From Camelus ferus (lineage: Eukaryota), in assembly GCF_009834535.1 (NCBI RefSeq), contig NC_045696.1, forward strand, positions 72,356,001 through 72,420,000: DNA of 64,000 bases, in the 5' to 3' direction. The translations under genes were made by a program, and so were the position numbers. This document shows positions 1 through 13,110 of the stretch, one piece after another. The notes under the pieces are model-generated. The model had not been told where the DNA came from. It did not search any database and saw nothing but the letters and a program-made list of their open reading frames with translations. Each line of letters starts with the position of its first letter. Within the stretch, counting starts at the first letter, position 1.

Positions 1-2044
1 TAAGAAGGTATTCCTAAACTAATGTAGAATTCAAATAGCATTCACTTCCTTAAATAGGCTTCAAAACATTTTTTTTTTTGGATTATGTCTTTAAGTGATT
101 GTACACATAGGCAACACACAGGTATTCTGTCCATTTTTTTCCCAATCAGACTTCTCTTTGTTTTAAGATGTGTGTCATCAGCATAAAATTATTTTTTTCT
201 GATTATTTTTTCTTTGTACCCTCCAATTCTCAGGTGATATAAAACTTTTTAAGAGGTTAATGTTAACTATCGATTTCAATTTTAAACAAGTTTCTCAGGG
301 AGAACCAGAAAGACATGAAAGCATAATTTCAAGTAAACTGTGTATTCATTTGAAGTTAAAAAAATAAAAACAAACCTTGCTCCATCCCCATCTAGTATGT
401 GACTCTAGGTCACCATCCTTGGAACATTGTGTTTTGAGCTTTGGACTGGATTTGCTTCTGAGGTTAAGAGAAGTGTGTGGCAGATGTTGGGAGGCAGTTG
501 GGGACAGGCGTGGGGAGCGGGGATGAAGGGGCTGCCAGATGTTGAGCGGGTGGGTGGAGTATGAGGATAAAAGCCTGCCAGATGTCTGCAGTACTGAGTG
601 TTGGAGACCTGCTTTCGACAATCTTTGGAAGATGATTTATATCCTATCAGTAGGATCTCATAAAGGTCTTACTCCTCCCCAGCAAATGCTGAACCCAGGG
701 TTCATATAAGCTATTTTCTGCATGGTTTCTTTCCTCGGATTATGTCTTTTTAAAAATTCAAGCTGAGGGTTATATGAATGAAAATACACAATAAACCAAT
801 ATACTCATTTGTAAATAAAAGAGGGTGGGGGGGCTTTACATTTAAATCTGTTGTTCTGAATTATAAGGACAATCACCTTTTATTTTCTATTTATTTTATC
901 TTTCCTATAAGGAATGATTTGCTCTTCTCTCTTCCCCACAATGAATTTAATAGATTTATTCATCAAGTTTTCTAAATTTAGACACCAAACTGATGTTTTT
1001 CTCCCACTGCTTAATTTTATTCTTAGCAGCACTTACATAAAGACAGGCAGTGAAAGATATGGCAAAATTACTAACTCGCTGTGACCTGGAATGCACTGAT
1101 AGAATAAAATAACAATAATGAAGATTGATATACCAGGGAGACTTAATACCATGTGCCCCTAATGAAATCTGTTTTATGCTTAGAGTTTTTCCCCACAGTG
1201 CTTTTGGCTACATGTTTCTTATGGTTTTTAGGAGTCTGTTTTTCCTAGTGATGCCTAAAATAGGCTCAATTCTTAGGCTAATAGATGAGCCACACAAAAG
1301 AAAATATGTGGATCTTGTAATTTCCTTGGATTTTGTCAACTGTACTGTTTTCTAGGACTAGATTTAATTACAGCAGGTAAAATTCTTCACTCTGCTCTTG
1401 TTTGAAAGTCTTAGAAATAATGGTATTTGGGGAGCTGAAGCGTGAACCAAGATTGGGAAGACTGAAAGAGAAGCTACATTTGTCCCAGTGGCCTCTCAAT
1501 TTTCAGAAAGCCAAGGCTCGTCATTTACCATGGACCACATGTAGCAGTGTTGATCATTGTTCCTCTAGATTGCACCGACACTCGTGTGTTCAGTAAATAA
1601 TTACCCAACACCTAATTACGGAGCACCTAGGAGCATGCTGCTAAGTTCTGGGACTATGTGGTGAAAGAAGTCCCTTCCTTCTTGGAAATCCTTGTCTATG
1701 GGGGAAGACAGACTTTGAACAGATAGTTGCTAAAATAATTATTCACAATGTGTGCAATGAGAGTATATAGTAGTGGGGACTTTGGTAGATGTCATCAGAT
1801 AACCATGGAATGAACTGCTTTATGATCTGGCAAATTGGTCTCTCATTTAGGATCTCCAGATATATTATCCACTTTGTTGGGTTAGCCAGCTTTCAGTGTG
1901 ATGGAGTGCAAGCATTTTGTTAGGTGATACTTTCTTGAGCACCACCAAGAAAACAAGAAAACTCTTCTAGCCTGCATTCCAGGATTATCTGGGGCCAATT
2001 CCAAAGCTGAAACTTGTCTTCACATCCAGATCCTATGTTTTTTT

Positions 2045-2765
2045 TTTTAAAAATAAACTTTCAATTTTAGAATAGTTTTAGATTTATAGAAAAGATATTG
2101 TATCATTGTAAACATAGTATAGAGAGTTCCCATATACTACGCACCCAGTTTCCCCTATTATTAACATTTTACATTAGTATGGTACATTTGTCACAATTAA
2201 CTGATACATTACTACTAACAGAAATTCACTCTTTTACTCAGATTTTCTTGGTTTTTACCTAATGTTCATTCTGTTCTAGAATCCCACCACATCACATTTA
2301 TTTGTCATGTCTCCTTAGCTCTTTGGTTATGACAGTTTCTCAGAATCCCTTTGTTTTTGATGACCTTGACAGTTTCAAGGAGTACTGGTCAAGCATTCTG
2401 TAGGATGCTCTACTGGTAGAATTTGTGTGATGGTTATTTTTTTATTCAATTATTTATTTATATCAGTATGGACTCATGGGTATTTATTTTATATGTTGGT
2501 TTATAATCCTATACTACTTTATTTTGTTGCTTAAATTGTTCAAGCTTGGCCACTGGAAGCTCTTTCAGTTGGCTTTTGTGCCCTTAGGCCTAACCACATC
2601 ATTGTGTGTGTATGTGTTTTCTTTTTGTAAATTTTTGGAGTGTTTCGTTACTTGCTGGCACTACAAATGCTCCAGACTCATATTTCCAGCTACAGTCCTA
2701 GACTTAGCCATTTCTCCAAGAAGCCCTGGTTTGTTTTTATTGTAGAATGGTATTAGAAACCAACA
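2045..2765 (-). mobile_element. Ancient LINE-1 3' end (L1MC-like)
   Basis: Starts with poly-T then ttttagaatagttttagatttatagaaaag...gtttcccctattattaacattttacattagtatggtacatttgtcacaa...gtttttgatgaccttgacagtt, typical of antisense L1MC 3' UTRs; a related copy lies at 7080-7435. Confidence 0.75.
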
Positions 2766-2834
2766 CCTGTCTGGGTGCCTCTAGTTTGTTTTTCACACTG
2801 TAAATTATCTGTGAAATAGTGATTGAACAGAAAC

Positions 2835-3050
2835 ATGAGGTGGAAAAGAAAGTCTGAACTTCAGAGTCAGGCCTTATTTCCATTTTCCATATTTCCTGCT
2901 TATTAACTGTAGAGCCTTGGACAAATAATTTGACCTCTCAGCATCTTACCATGCTCATCTATAAAATGGGCATAATATTACTGACCTTGCAGGGCTGTTG
3001 TGAGAACTAGAAAAATAATATTTATAATGGATCTGTCATGTAGCATCTCT
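2835..3050 (+). mobile_element. MIR SINE relic
   Basis: MIR core-like ccttggacaaataatttgacctctcag...ctcatctataaaatgggcataata...cagggctgttgtgagaa. Confidence 0.7.
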
Positions 3051-3304
3051 TCAAAAAGTCATTTTTATGGAGTGGTAGGTCCATATAGGTCAGCACTCTG
3101 AAGTTGGCTGAATACCAGGGAAAACAATGTTTAATTTTTTAAATTGCACAAACAAAACCATATTACCCATGAAGAAAATAAAAAATGATGTTTAACTACT
3201 CTAACACATGTTCCCTTTTAGTCCTTGTCATTATGTACTTATTTAAAAAATATTTTCATCACATTGCATATAATAAGAGAAATGTTTCACTATAGTGTAT
3301 ATAG

Positions 3305-3500
3305 TAATAATAAAATAGTAGCACTTACTAAGTGTTTGTCTTTTACTCAACCTTTTACATGGATTATTACAATTTCAATTTTATAGTTGAGGAAACTGAG
3401 GCACAGAGAGGCTATGTACCTTCCCAGAGGGCACTCAACCAAAGAAGACAGAATTTGAACCAAGGTGTGTCTGATGCCAAGCCTGAAACCCTTAATTATT
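3305..3500 (-). mobile_element. MIR SINE relic
   Basis: attttatagttgaggaaactgaggcacagagagg...gaatttgaaccaagg..tctgatgccaagcc = antisense MIR core. Confidence 0.75.
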
Positions 3501-3564
3501 ATATTTTCTCTTTAATGCCGGCATCCACACACACAGTCACATGTACACAAATATGTGTATGTAT

Positions 3565-3930
3565 TCATTTCTTTATGCAACATATACTGAGCATCTATCA
3601 TACTAAAGGCATTGAATGATGTAATAAAAAATGAATTGTTCATAGGCCCTTTTTTTTTTTAAAAGGTGCTCAGGATTTTATAGGAGATATTTCAAACAGA
3701 CAATGACTGCAATGCAATTCTATGTGTTATAAATACTCTTTGAGCCATACAGATTTCAGTGTGTGGAAAAAGGAATGATTATATCTGCCCAGTGACACCA
3801 GGGAGAGTTTGATGGAGGAGGTGACACTTGGACTGGGACTTGGAAGGATGATGGGCCAGATTTAAATAGGAGGTTTGTGGATAGTAAAGGTATTTCAGCC
3901 AAATGGGATAGCAAAAATAAAGCCACAGAG
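3565..3930 (-). mobile_element. L2 LINE 3' fragment
   Basis: attcatttctttatgcaacatatactgagcatcta (antisense L2 terminus) followed by ggaggaggtgacacttggactgggacttggaaggatg. Confidence 0.55.
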
Positions 3931-3964
3931 GCCTGTGATAGATTAGATCATTGAATAGCAGTTA

Positions 3965-4402
3965 TTCATTTCATTCCCCTAACTGCTTGGGGTAGAGCAT
4001 CCTCCCTTGCCCTTAGTGTCTTTGGTCTTGGCCTTGTGATTTTCTTAGGCCAATGGAAGGGGACATCATGATACTTGTGAGTACAGACCTTAAAAGAGGC
4101 ATGATAAATTTCTGCCAGCCCTCTTGGGCTTCTGCCAGCTCCTTCCCTTTGTCTTGAGAAGAGTATGTCCCAGGTAACTGTTGCTCCTTCAGCCTTGGAC
4201 ATAGTATGAAGGCACATGGAAGTAGACCTGAAAGTGATCTGGCCTGAGTCCAACCTGGCCCAGAGGAGCCCAGCTGAGATCACACAACCTTCGGCAGAAC
4301 TACAGACTTGTGAGTGTAAAATAAATGCCAGTTATTATGAATCCTTGAGATTTGGGGGTTGTTTGTTACACAGCATGATCCCAGCACAAATCTGATTAAC
4401 AT
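3965..4402 (+). mobile_element. MaLR solo LTR (MLT1-type)
   Basis: 3' end aaataaatgcc...tgagatttgggggttgtttgttacacagca...ctgattaaca characteristic of old MLT1 LTRs. Confidence 0.7.
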
Positions 4403-7079
4403 AGGCCAGAAAGGATAAGACAAATTAGAAGAGTAGGTAATTGTCCAGTTCGGTTGAAGAATATACATGCATGCCTGTAAGAAGAATTTTCACTTAAGAT
4501 GAAAATAATGAGTAAAATGAATCAGACTTTGTTGGATTTTGGCTGCCAACATGGCCAAGACGATTTTACAGACATCTTATGTAGGATTTATGAAAAATCT
4601 ACAAAGTTATGAACTTGGAATAAAAGCACAGAATGTCTCTGGTATTTTTCTTTCCTTCCCCACCCCTTTTGTGCCCTTTGAGCAAATACCAAGTAAACGT
4701 TGGGGACATGGGTCTTCCTTCAAAGGACCTTATAAGTAGTTTAATAAGCAAGATAGGAACACAAATAGGAAATATGGGGGGGGGGGTTCTTGCAAACAAT
4801 AAAGTAGCAGGATTTAAGGTAAAGAAGGAATCTGATACCATTTTAGCTTAATAACCTAAGGGAGATATGTTAGTAAGATGTTAATCATGACAATATGATG
4901 GGTATGATTCATACCTTCTCCTGAGGAGAAGTAATTGCCATGGGTCCCCTACTCTTTCTACTTCTTCACCTTCTGAGTCCAGGAATATAAATGCAAATTG
5001 CTGATGATTGACAAGGTACCTGGATGCTTAGGCCAAGGTAGAACCCAAGTGCAAGGAAACAAAACATTTTAAAAGCAAAAAAGGCATGAAAGAAAAAAAG
5101 ATTGAGTGAGTAGTTGGCTTTATGGGAAAGGACTACGAGGTGGGAGCTTTTAGGGAAATCTCTAGAATGTAGAACTAAAACTCATGCTGGGGCAAGGGAT
5201 GGGTGGAATAGACTAGAGAGGACTTTCTTTAATCTTCCCACCCTTTTGGACTCAGGTTAGAAGATGTCACTTCAACTTCATGTAAAAGACTGTCTCCTCC
5301 TGGTTTTGCTGTTGTGCATTACTATCAGTAAGATCATTTGATTATGAACTGTGTCACCCTCGGCTCTTACATGCAAGTCCTCTATATATCATCATGTCTA
5401 AAGAGCTTGTCTCCTCTCAGCCTTCAGTTCATGCCCTTAAACAATGTCTCCTTTATTAGATGAATCTGTACCAATATTTTTCAGTTAATAAATTCTGCAT
5501 CATGGAGTAAATTTACAACCATAACTTTCCTCTGGCTTAAAGATGAAGGAAAATACGTATCTTTGGTACATAATTCTGAAGTGTTTCTAGTAGTGCCTCA
5601 GTCTCCAGTGAATCAACCCTTCCTCTTTCCAGGGTGTGCAGGAGAAATGTAGGGTCTTCTAGCTGAGTTCTGACTGAGCACTGCCCTGATTCCCCCGTTT
5701 GTGTGACCACAGGGACTGCAGCCATAAATAAGATCCATAGGAAGCCTGGCCACTAAAGAACTATAAAACATATTCCACCACCATTTGTTGAACACTTGCT
5801 ATTTGAAAGGCATTGTGGTAGGCAGAGCAAGGGACACAAAATGAGTAAGACATGGTTTTCTCCCCTTGGGGGTTTATAATCAAGTGGAGAAATAGATAGG
5901 CACAGAATCAACACAGGATGTGGGAGGCTGAGTGGAAGGACAAGTTTGAGCACGGGCCAAATACAGAACCACCCAGTCTCTAGGTTCCAAATTGAAACAT
6001 AGTGTAACAGAAATCCTACTCTAGCCACATGGAAAGCCAAAAGCAGGACCAATGGAGGAGACTGATTTAAAACATAATCCTAGCAGGGTGGTCAAAGCTG
6101 AGGTACCCTATACTGGTCTAGGGAGAAAAGAACAGGTCTAACTGGATAAAAGTACTCTTTTTAAAGCCCTACTTCAGCATCTTTTATTCCTAACTTCTTA
6201 TTTTTGTTTTACCTCCCAGGAGTACTGGCTAGAAGGTTCCTAGAACACTCTTTGGCTGTGGGATAAAGATGGTATGATTCTAGTGGGCCTCAGATCAGAA
6301 CCAAGTGGGTTTGTACTTTTAGCAACAAAACTACATTCACCATGAGCTGGTTTCCTTTTGGATTGAATAGAAGTGAAGGTAGTTAGCTCTCCGTTTCTCT
6401 CTACGTAGAAGCTAGATTCCTTTCAGCTTCAGTGAGCTCTTATGGAGATCATCTTGGAGACCTGGTAGCAAAATACCACTTGCGAACAGTTCATTCAGTT
6501 TTTCTTAAGTAGAACAGTCTTGGAAGACAGGCTTGGGAACTAGGCTTATGGGCTTGGGAAAACAGACAGGGATTCGGGCAGCAGCTGTTTTTAATGTGCT
6601 TAGAGACTGCATATGTTCTATGTAGAGAACACATTGCATTCAGTAAGATCATAAAATATGCATGTGAGTGTGGTTAGAATATGACAGTAAAAATGGTGCT
6701 GCCAACACAATGGAAACACTTTGTTATGCTGCTAAACCATGTGGCTTCATGTCTCAGAACATGGCAGCTAGGCTATATTATCCTAGAGTTGAGATTTGTT
6801 GTGTTTTAATGCCACAGTCCTCTATTTTTCCCTACATGATTAATACATAACACTGAAAGAATTGTTAATGATTCCTTCTAACCTCTGGGTAGAAATGGCC
6901 AAGGCTCCCTCTGTCCCAGATCAATGGAATAGTTGAAAGACAAAATAGTTAATAACAAAATCCTCAAATACAGGCAATTTGCCATACTAGTAACTAAATG
7001 GTATCATGATTAAAAACTAGGTGAGATAAGCAATCCTTTAAACTCTCATTCAGTGCATCTAAAAAATTACTCTTTTTAT

Positions 7080-7435
7080 TTTAATAAACTCTTACTTTGA
7101 ATAGTTTTAGATTTACAGAGAAGTAGTAAAGATAGCACAGCAAGTCCCCTTATACTCCTCAACCAGTTTCAGTTTTCCCCAATGTTATTATCTTACAAAT
7201 GTACTCAAAATTAAAAGACCAAATTGGTACATGACTATTTACTGAACTCTAGACTTCATTTGGATTTCACCAGTTTTCCCATTAATGTCTTTTCTGTTCC
7301 AGGATCCAATCCAGGATACTATATTCCACTTGCCATGTTTTCTTAATCCCTTCTGGTCTGTGACAGTTTCTCAGTCCTTCCTTGTTTTTCATGACCTTGA
7401 CAGTTTTGAGGAGTACTAGCTAGGTATTTTGTAAA
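7080..7435 (-). mobile_element. Ancient LINE-1 3' end (L1MC/L1MD-like)
   Basis: gaatagttttagatttacagagaag...ttccaggatccaatccaggatac...gtttttcatgaccttgacagttttgaggagtact; homologous to 2045-2420. Confidence 0.75.
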
Positions 7436-7664
7436 ATACTTTTAAGAAAAATGTTGTGTTTTAAAATGAGGCCTGATCCTTTCTTACTTGGGAGAAACTG
7501 CTCTCCGTCTTGGAAGGCCAGAGAAGAACCATGGTCAATCTTGGGGGAGAAAAGGCATGGAGGAGAACACTAGGCCTCCTCCCACTCTGATCTTCTGTTC
7601 AGGCGCATGAAGAGCACCTGAGGACCATGAGTGGGCCAGTATATTCGAGGGCAACGCCTGGAAT

Positions 7665-7840
7665 CAATGGGCTAACCCGCTATACTTCAGAATCACTTGG
7701 GGAGCTTCTAAAAACACTGATGCCCAGAACTCAACCCAGACCAATTAAATCAGAATTTCTGGGGATGTGGTCCATGTTGGGTATTTTGCAACAGCACACA
7801 AGGTGATTCTAATGTGCATCCACGATGGAGAACTGCAGAC
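7665..7840. mobile_element. MER5-type hAT-Charlie DNA transposon relic
   Basis: cagaatcacttggggagctt...ccagaccaattaaatcagaatttctgggg...ggtgattctaatgtgca. Confidence 0.7.
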
Positions 7841-8149
7841 TTAGTAATAAAGAACATATTTGCCTAGTACTCTAGATACGGAGAAGAAGTAGGCCACAGG
7901 CATGCAGTTGGTCGAGGATTTAGGATTTGGGGCCCTGGAAAGGTCTCTTTATCACAAATTTAACTGATAGTATTACTCTACTTTTCTTAACTAGCTTGAA
8001 TGCTAGGTGTCAAGCAGGGGATTTGTTTCCTTAATCATCAGTTTGATCTGAGGCTGTAACAAATGAGTTTTAGAACCCTGTTTCTCATCAAATATCCTAT
8101 TTTTAATTGTCTAGTGACCAAAGCTGACCATTTGGAGATGCAATCTATT

Positions 8150-8480
8150 GTTCAGGTAAAAATACTGAACTGGGTGGCAGCTGGGAACTGGGTTTCAGTC
8201 TTAGGGCTTTAAAAACAGTTTAGCCACTGGCTGGTCAAGTCACATAGTTTCTCTGGAACTCAGGGTATTCACCATAAAAATGAAGGGGTTGAATTATGTC
8301 ATCACTGAGATCTCATGTGGCTCTAAAATTCTATGTTTAAGTCCCAGTTTGTCATTGACTAAATGTTCAACCTTGAGTGAGCGGTTTAATCTTGTCAGGC
8401 CTCATTTTTCATCTGTTAAGTGGGGATATCTCATTTCAAGGTTACTGTGGGCATTAACTGAGATAATTCTTTCTGAAGTG
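8150..8480 (+). mobile_element. Two adjacent MIR/MIR3 relics
   Basis: caagtcacatagtttctctggaactcag...ataaaaatgaaggggttgaatta...ctctaaaattctatg (MIR3-type tail), then aggcctcatttttcatctgttaagtgggga. Confidence 0.55.
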
Positions 8481-8657
8481 TATGAATCTAGGTGTAATGT
8501 TTTCTGAAAAGGTGGGTGATTCTTCCCTCTCTTGGGGGATCATTGTATCACCATTGTATATCTCTTCCTATACCACAGAAGTTCCTTCCAAATACTCAAT
8601 AAATACTTGTGGATTGAGTAAATGGCATAACTCCAAGATAAAACACTTAGTCAACAT

Positions 8658-8838
8658 AGCAGTGGGTTGCAACAGTGGCTTCCAATTAGATTTACCTGAG
8701 ATGCTTTAAAAATCATGACCCTCTACCACTGCATCCAGATCAATCAAATTAGAATCTCTAGGGATGGGATCCAGGTGTCAGTTTTTTGAGGGATCTCCAG
8801 GTGATTCCAATGTGCAGTGAAAGGTGAGAACCCCTGCT
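8658..8838. mobile_element. MER5-type hAT-Charlie DNA transposon relic
   Basis: ccagatcaatcaaattagaatctctagggatggga...ctccaggtgattccaatgtgcag...gagaacccctgc. Confidence 0.7.
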
Positions 8839-9255
8839 TATGAGAGCCAGTTTTTCTTGCTCAGCAAGTTGAAAAACAGAAGAAGGCTCAAGTACCAAAG
8901 GCTGGCCAATCCTTGAAGGACATGCGTTGTATCTTTATTTCTCTCTCCATCTACCATAACACTTAGGTGAAAGTGCATGGCAGGAACTCAACTTGAATTT
9001 GTTGAATTGGATGGAATTATAAAAAAAAAAATTCCCAGATCACCATTTACTCCCTCAGCCATGTCATTTACTATGTGATAGGACATGAAAAAGAAAGCAG
9101 GTGAAGTCAAGGGTTCTAATCTCTGATCATATTCTCATTACAATGCAAGTTCTTTTTTTTTTTTTTTAAAGGAATCTTATGATTTAATGAGTTTAGTTTG
9201 AAAAAGAACCCTTTCTTCATTTCAACTCTCACTCTGCATCCTCCTGTTGGTCCAG

Positions 9256-9300
9256 TTCTGCAATCCTGCCGCCGATTGGAGCCTGGGGCTGGAAAGCGAG
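9256..9300 (+). other. Candidate 45-nt internal exon of an unidentified transcript
   Basis: Pyrimidine-rich tract ending ...ggtccag| at 9255; near-consensus donor GAG|GTAAGT at 9300/9301; length divisible by 3; open in all three frames; 3 CpGs; non-repetitive context. Confidence 0.45.
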
Positions 9301-12119
9301 GTAAGTGTCAGCTGACAGCAGTGGTGTTTTCAAGAGCTGGAGTTCCTGTGATGAGCCCAGGGCATATCACTGCTTCAAGGTGTTTCATCCACTGACAATA
9401 AGGTACTCAATTTGATCTCCACACTCCTTAGGTTCCTAATGCTTTGTTTATTCTCATATGAAAAATATATTTTAAAAAAGATTCTGAGATGCTCTTATTA
9501 TTAATACAGGTGCTTACTTAGTTCCAGATAAATACAGACCCCCCTCCCCCCCTTTTGAATGTGTTGTAGCTTTATATGAAGCTAATGGAGCAAGGCAATG
9601 CTCAAACGTCAAATTAAACTGCACAGCTCTGTAATCACTCAGACTGACATGGCATAAAAGGATAATTAGTAGTTCATTACATGGAACATTGTTTGTTCAG
9701 CTAAATTGATTTCTCAGCTGCCCATGTTTTCTGTTTACTTAGTAAGCGCTCCACTGCACATTTTTATTTGAGAGCTAGGAAATCCCTTTCCCTGAACTTT
9801 TTTTTTTTTTTGATGAGTATAGTTTAAAAATATAATTTGCTTGAGCTGGGTGAACCTCCGAATGACATACAGGTGTACAGTAACAATCACATGTGTGGAT
9901 TGATGCGCGGAACATAAAACCGGCTGTGGTTAGAAACCTGGGAGACTCTCTCCAAAGGTTGGAATATACCCCACGGCTTTGTACTTGGAAATGCTTTTGT
10001 GGCTGTTTGCTTTTCATCTTAAGAGTGAACTTCCCTCTCAGAAAGTGAGCGAGTGAGAGAGAAATTGGAATAAACACCTAATCCCTTGCCGTTCGAAGTG
10101 GAAATTTTCCAACAAACTTTTCTTAAACCTTCATGTTGCCTGTTAATGCCAAGATAAAGAAAACAGTAGCTGTTTATGGGTTTCCTGAAACCCTGCTCAC
10201 TAACATCAGGGTTTAGGAAAAAGGCTAAAATGCTGACTTCAAAACTTTCTAAACTTCCTACCCTATAACAATAATGTGAATTTTCCAGACTGGTACAACA
10301 TAGCTGTCTGTAGTACACACCCCTTGGCTGTTTCCGTGTCTTTGGTACTTCTCTTTGGGGAGTCAGACAATCATACAGATTTTGCTGGACAAATATAGGC
10401 ATTCAGACATGTGGTCTTTGAAACTATCAGCATCTGCCTTCTAAAGCATAGCTCACTCAGGGTTTTGCCATTGGCTTGCTCAGCTCTGCTTGACCAAGGT
10501 TAATGCATTGACCTAAATGGCACCTTGGAGTTGTGACAGTCACAGAGGAGAGAAGCCTGTTCTGCAGCAAGTTCAAGCCTTGGGCACATGATGAAATATA
10601 AATCCAGGCAGAATGTCAGGCTGGTAGTTCTGCTGCAAAGAAGTTTGTTTCCCAAAAGATTCTTAACATTAATCAGGTTTTGCTAGTCCTTAGAGGAACT
10701 TAGAAATCTGCTGTTTGAAATTAAATATTTATACTGTTTGTATTAAATGGAGAAGGTGGGTCAGTGTGAGGAGAGGGGAGGCCTTTTGAGGCTGGGCAAA
10801 GAAAAGCTGGATGGCTCACCCTGGTTAACTATTCTTTGAAAATACATGTGTGCAGCTGGGGTCATGCTAGTGGAACCAAAGACTGTATTAAATCACCACA
10901 ACCAAGTTCTGGGTTTCTTTCCTTGGTCCATTAGAAGGCTCATATAACTTAAACATGACATATAGAGCAGGTATCTCTCAGTTACCAATATTACTGGGAG
11001 GAAATAGAGCCTGCATGAATGAAATCCATAGATAATTCCGGAGGCTCACCAATGCTTTTTGATTTATCTCCTCCCCTAGCAATGTTGTTAGGTGCTGGAC
11101 TCAGAGTTGAAGGTATACTCAAAGGAGGAGAATCCTGACTTTTGAAGAGAGCGTGGGCATATTATAGTTATATTCTCAGCACATAAAGAACTTTTACTTT
11201 TGTAAAGAAAGTGATTTTGGGGTCAAAATCCTGGGCAGGTCACTCTCCTGTAGGCTTTGACTGTGAAGACCAGTCAGTGTGAAGATAGATCTGTGATTAC
11301 CCAGTTTGTTTCAGGACCTTGCTCAGGGTAAAACAATGATAATGAATGAATGTGCCTGTCATGAACTGAAACCTACCATGTGTCTGGCACTGCACTATGT
11401 GATTTACCTCTGTTCCTCCCAACTCTTAATTGCAGGCTTCCTTTCTCTTCTTGGGCTAGTCCCAAGCACTCTAGGTTAAGACAACGGGGTAGTTACCAGT
11501 ATAAGACTGTCCTTTATTTCTAAGTACTACTTGCACACCTGGATGTTTGTCTGGATGCTTGCCCACCTGTTCTACCCTCTTTACATGCTGCAAACTCCCT
11601 GGTTTCTCTTGGTCAGGGCTTGGACCTTCTGGCTCCCTTTGGTCATTCCCTATCTCATTTCTCCTGTTACTGTTTTCCCTGAGTTTTGACTGTCATATTA
11701 GCTATTGCTGGTACCCCACTGCCAATCCCCCGTGGGATTGTAGGGTTAGTCTGAGAACGTGGGCTCAAACATAGCCCAGTTCCCAAACTGATGCCAATAA
11801 AGGCAGAATAAGTAGTCCTCCCGACAACTTGCTCATGCAGTGATTTTTATCTAAGTTCTGTTGTCAAACTGAATTACCTGGAGGTCTTGTTACAAATCCG
11901 CAGTTCCTGTTTTCTAACTCGCCTTGGCTGCCAAAGAGATCCATGAACTGCTTCTCTAAGCGCAAGTCTTGGACTCCATATATCTGTCTCCTCAATGACT
12001 TCAGTCCTCTTGCATAAGCCCAGGACACAGGGTTAAGATTCTGCGCAGATGGCCCTTCTGAATTCCTGATTTTGGGTGTCATAATTATAGTCCCGTCTCA
12101 GTTTCCTTGACACCAAAAT

Positions 12120-13110
12120 CGCCTCATTTTTCTTCTGTCTCACTAGTTGTTTCTTTTGCTCCCTCTTTCCAGCCTCTAAGGGTTAGGGAGACCAGGGACT
12201 AGACTTAGGCTAGTCTCTTTCCTTTCCCTGTCTTTCTTTGTTTCTTTCCCTTCTCCATCTAGGTGATCTTATTTGGTCCCATGATTTCAAATCCCATCTG
12301 TACACACTGATGTCTCTCCATGTAGTATCTCTTCTCTTGACCTTTCTCTTGAGCTCCAGACTCATAGCCAAGTGCCTAATCATCATTTTAGGGTATAACA
12401 AGTATCCCAAACTTAACAGAGCTTAAAAGGAATTTGGGCTTTCTTTCCTGAAACCTATCTTGCTCTTTTATTTCTCTAAGTTAATGGCTATATCCAGTTG
12501 CTAAGGCTAAAAACCTAGAAATCATTATTGATTATTCTCTTCTCCCTACCCTGACATCCAATCCATGAGTGAATCCTGGAGGTCCTATTTTCAAAATATA
12601 TTTTCAGTGTCAACTTTTCTCCAGCTCCAAGCCAACATCATGTCTCCACTAAATTATGGCAATACCCTCCTAACTAATCCCTCCCTGCTTCTGCTCTTGG
12701 CTCCTCAGTCAGTTCTTCACAGAGTAGGCAGAGTGCTCTTTGAAAGACAAAATTCAGGATTACGTCATTTCTCAATTTTAAAACCCCCTATGGCATTTAC
12801 TGTAGTTAGAATGACATCTGAACTTCCTATAGTCCACTGACCCCATATGATCTAACCCCTTCCGACCTTTTCTTAACCTTATTGAAAGTCCCCCTCAATC
12901 GAATTATTCTGTTCTATTTCCTCTCTAGCATAAATCACTACTTGCCTTCTAAAAAATGGTTTGGATTGTTTACTTATTATCTGTCTTTCTCTATAAGGGA
13001 GCAGACACCATGAGGGCAGAGCCTTTGTTTTGTTCATGACCGTATTCCCTGTGCCTGGAAAAATGCCTGGTATGTAATAAATGCTCAACAAATACTTGCT
13101 GAATGAATAA
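12120..13110 (+). mobile_element. L2 LINE 3' ~1 kb
   Basis: ctaggtgatcttatttggtcccatgatttcaaatcccatctgtacac...ccatgagggcagagcctttgttttgttca...atgctcaacaaatacttgctgaatgaat (L2 3' terminus). Confidence 0.85.

Noticed and set aside
7483..7570. Possible 52-nt minus-strand exon (…ccccaag|…|gtaaga)
   Set aside because: Weak AAG acceptor and weak exonic donor bases, not frame-preserving, peptide unrecognised
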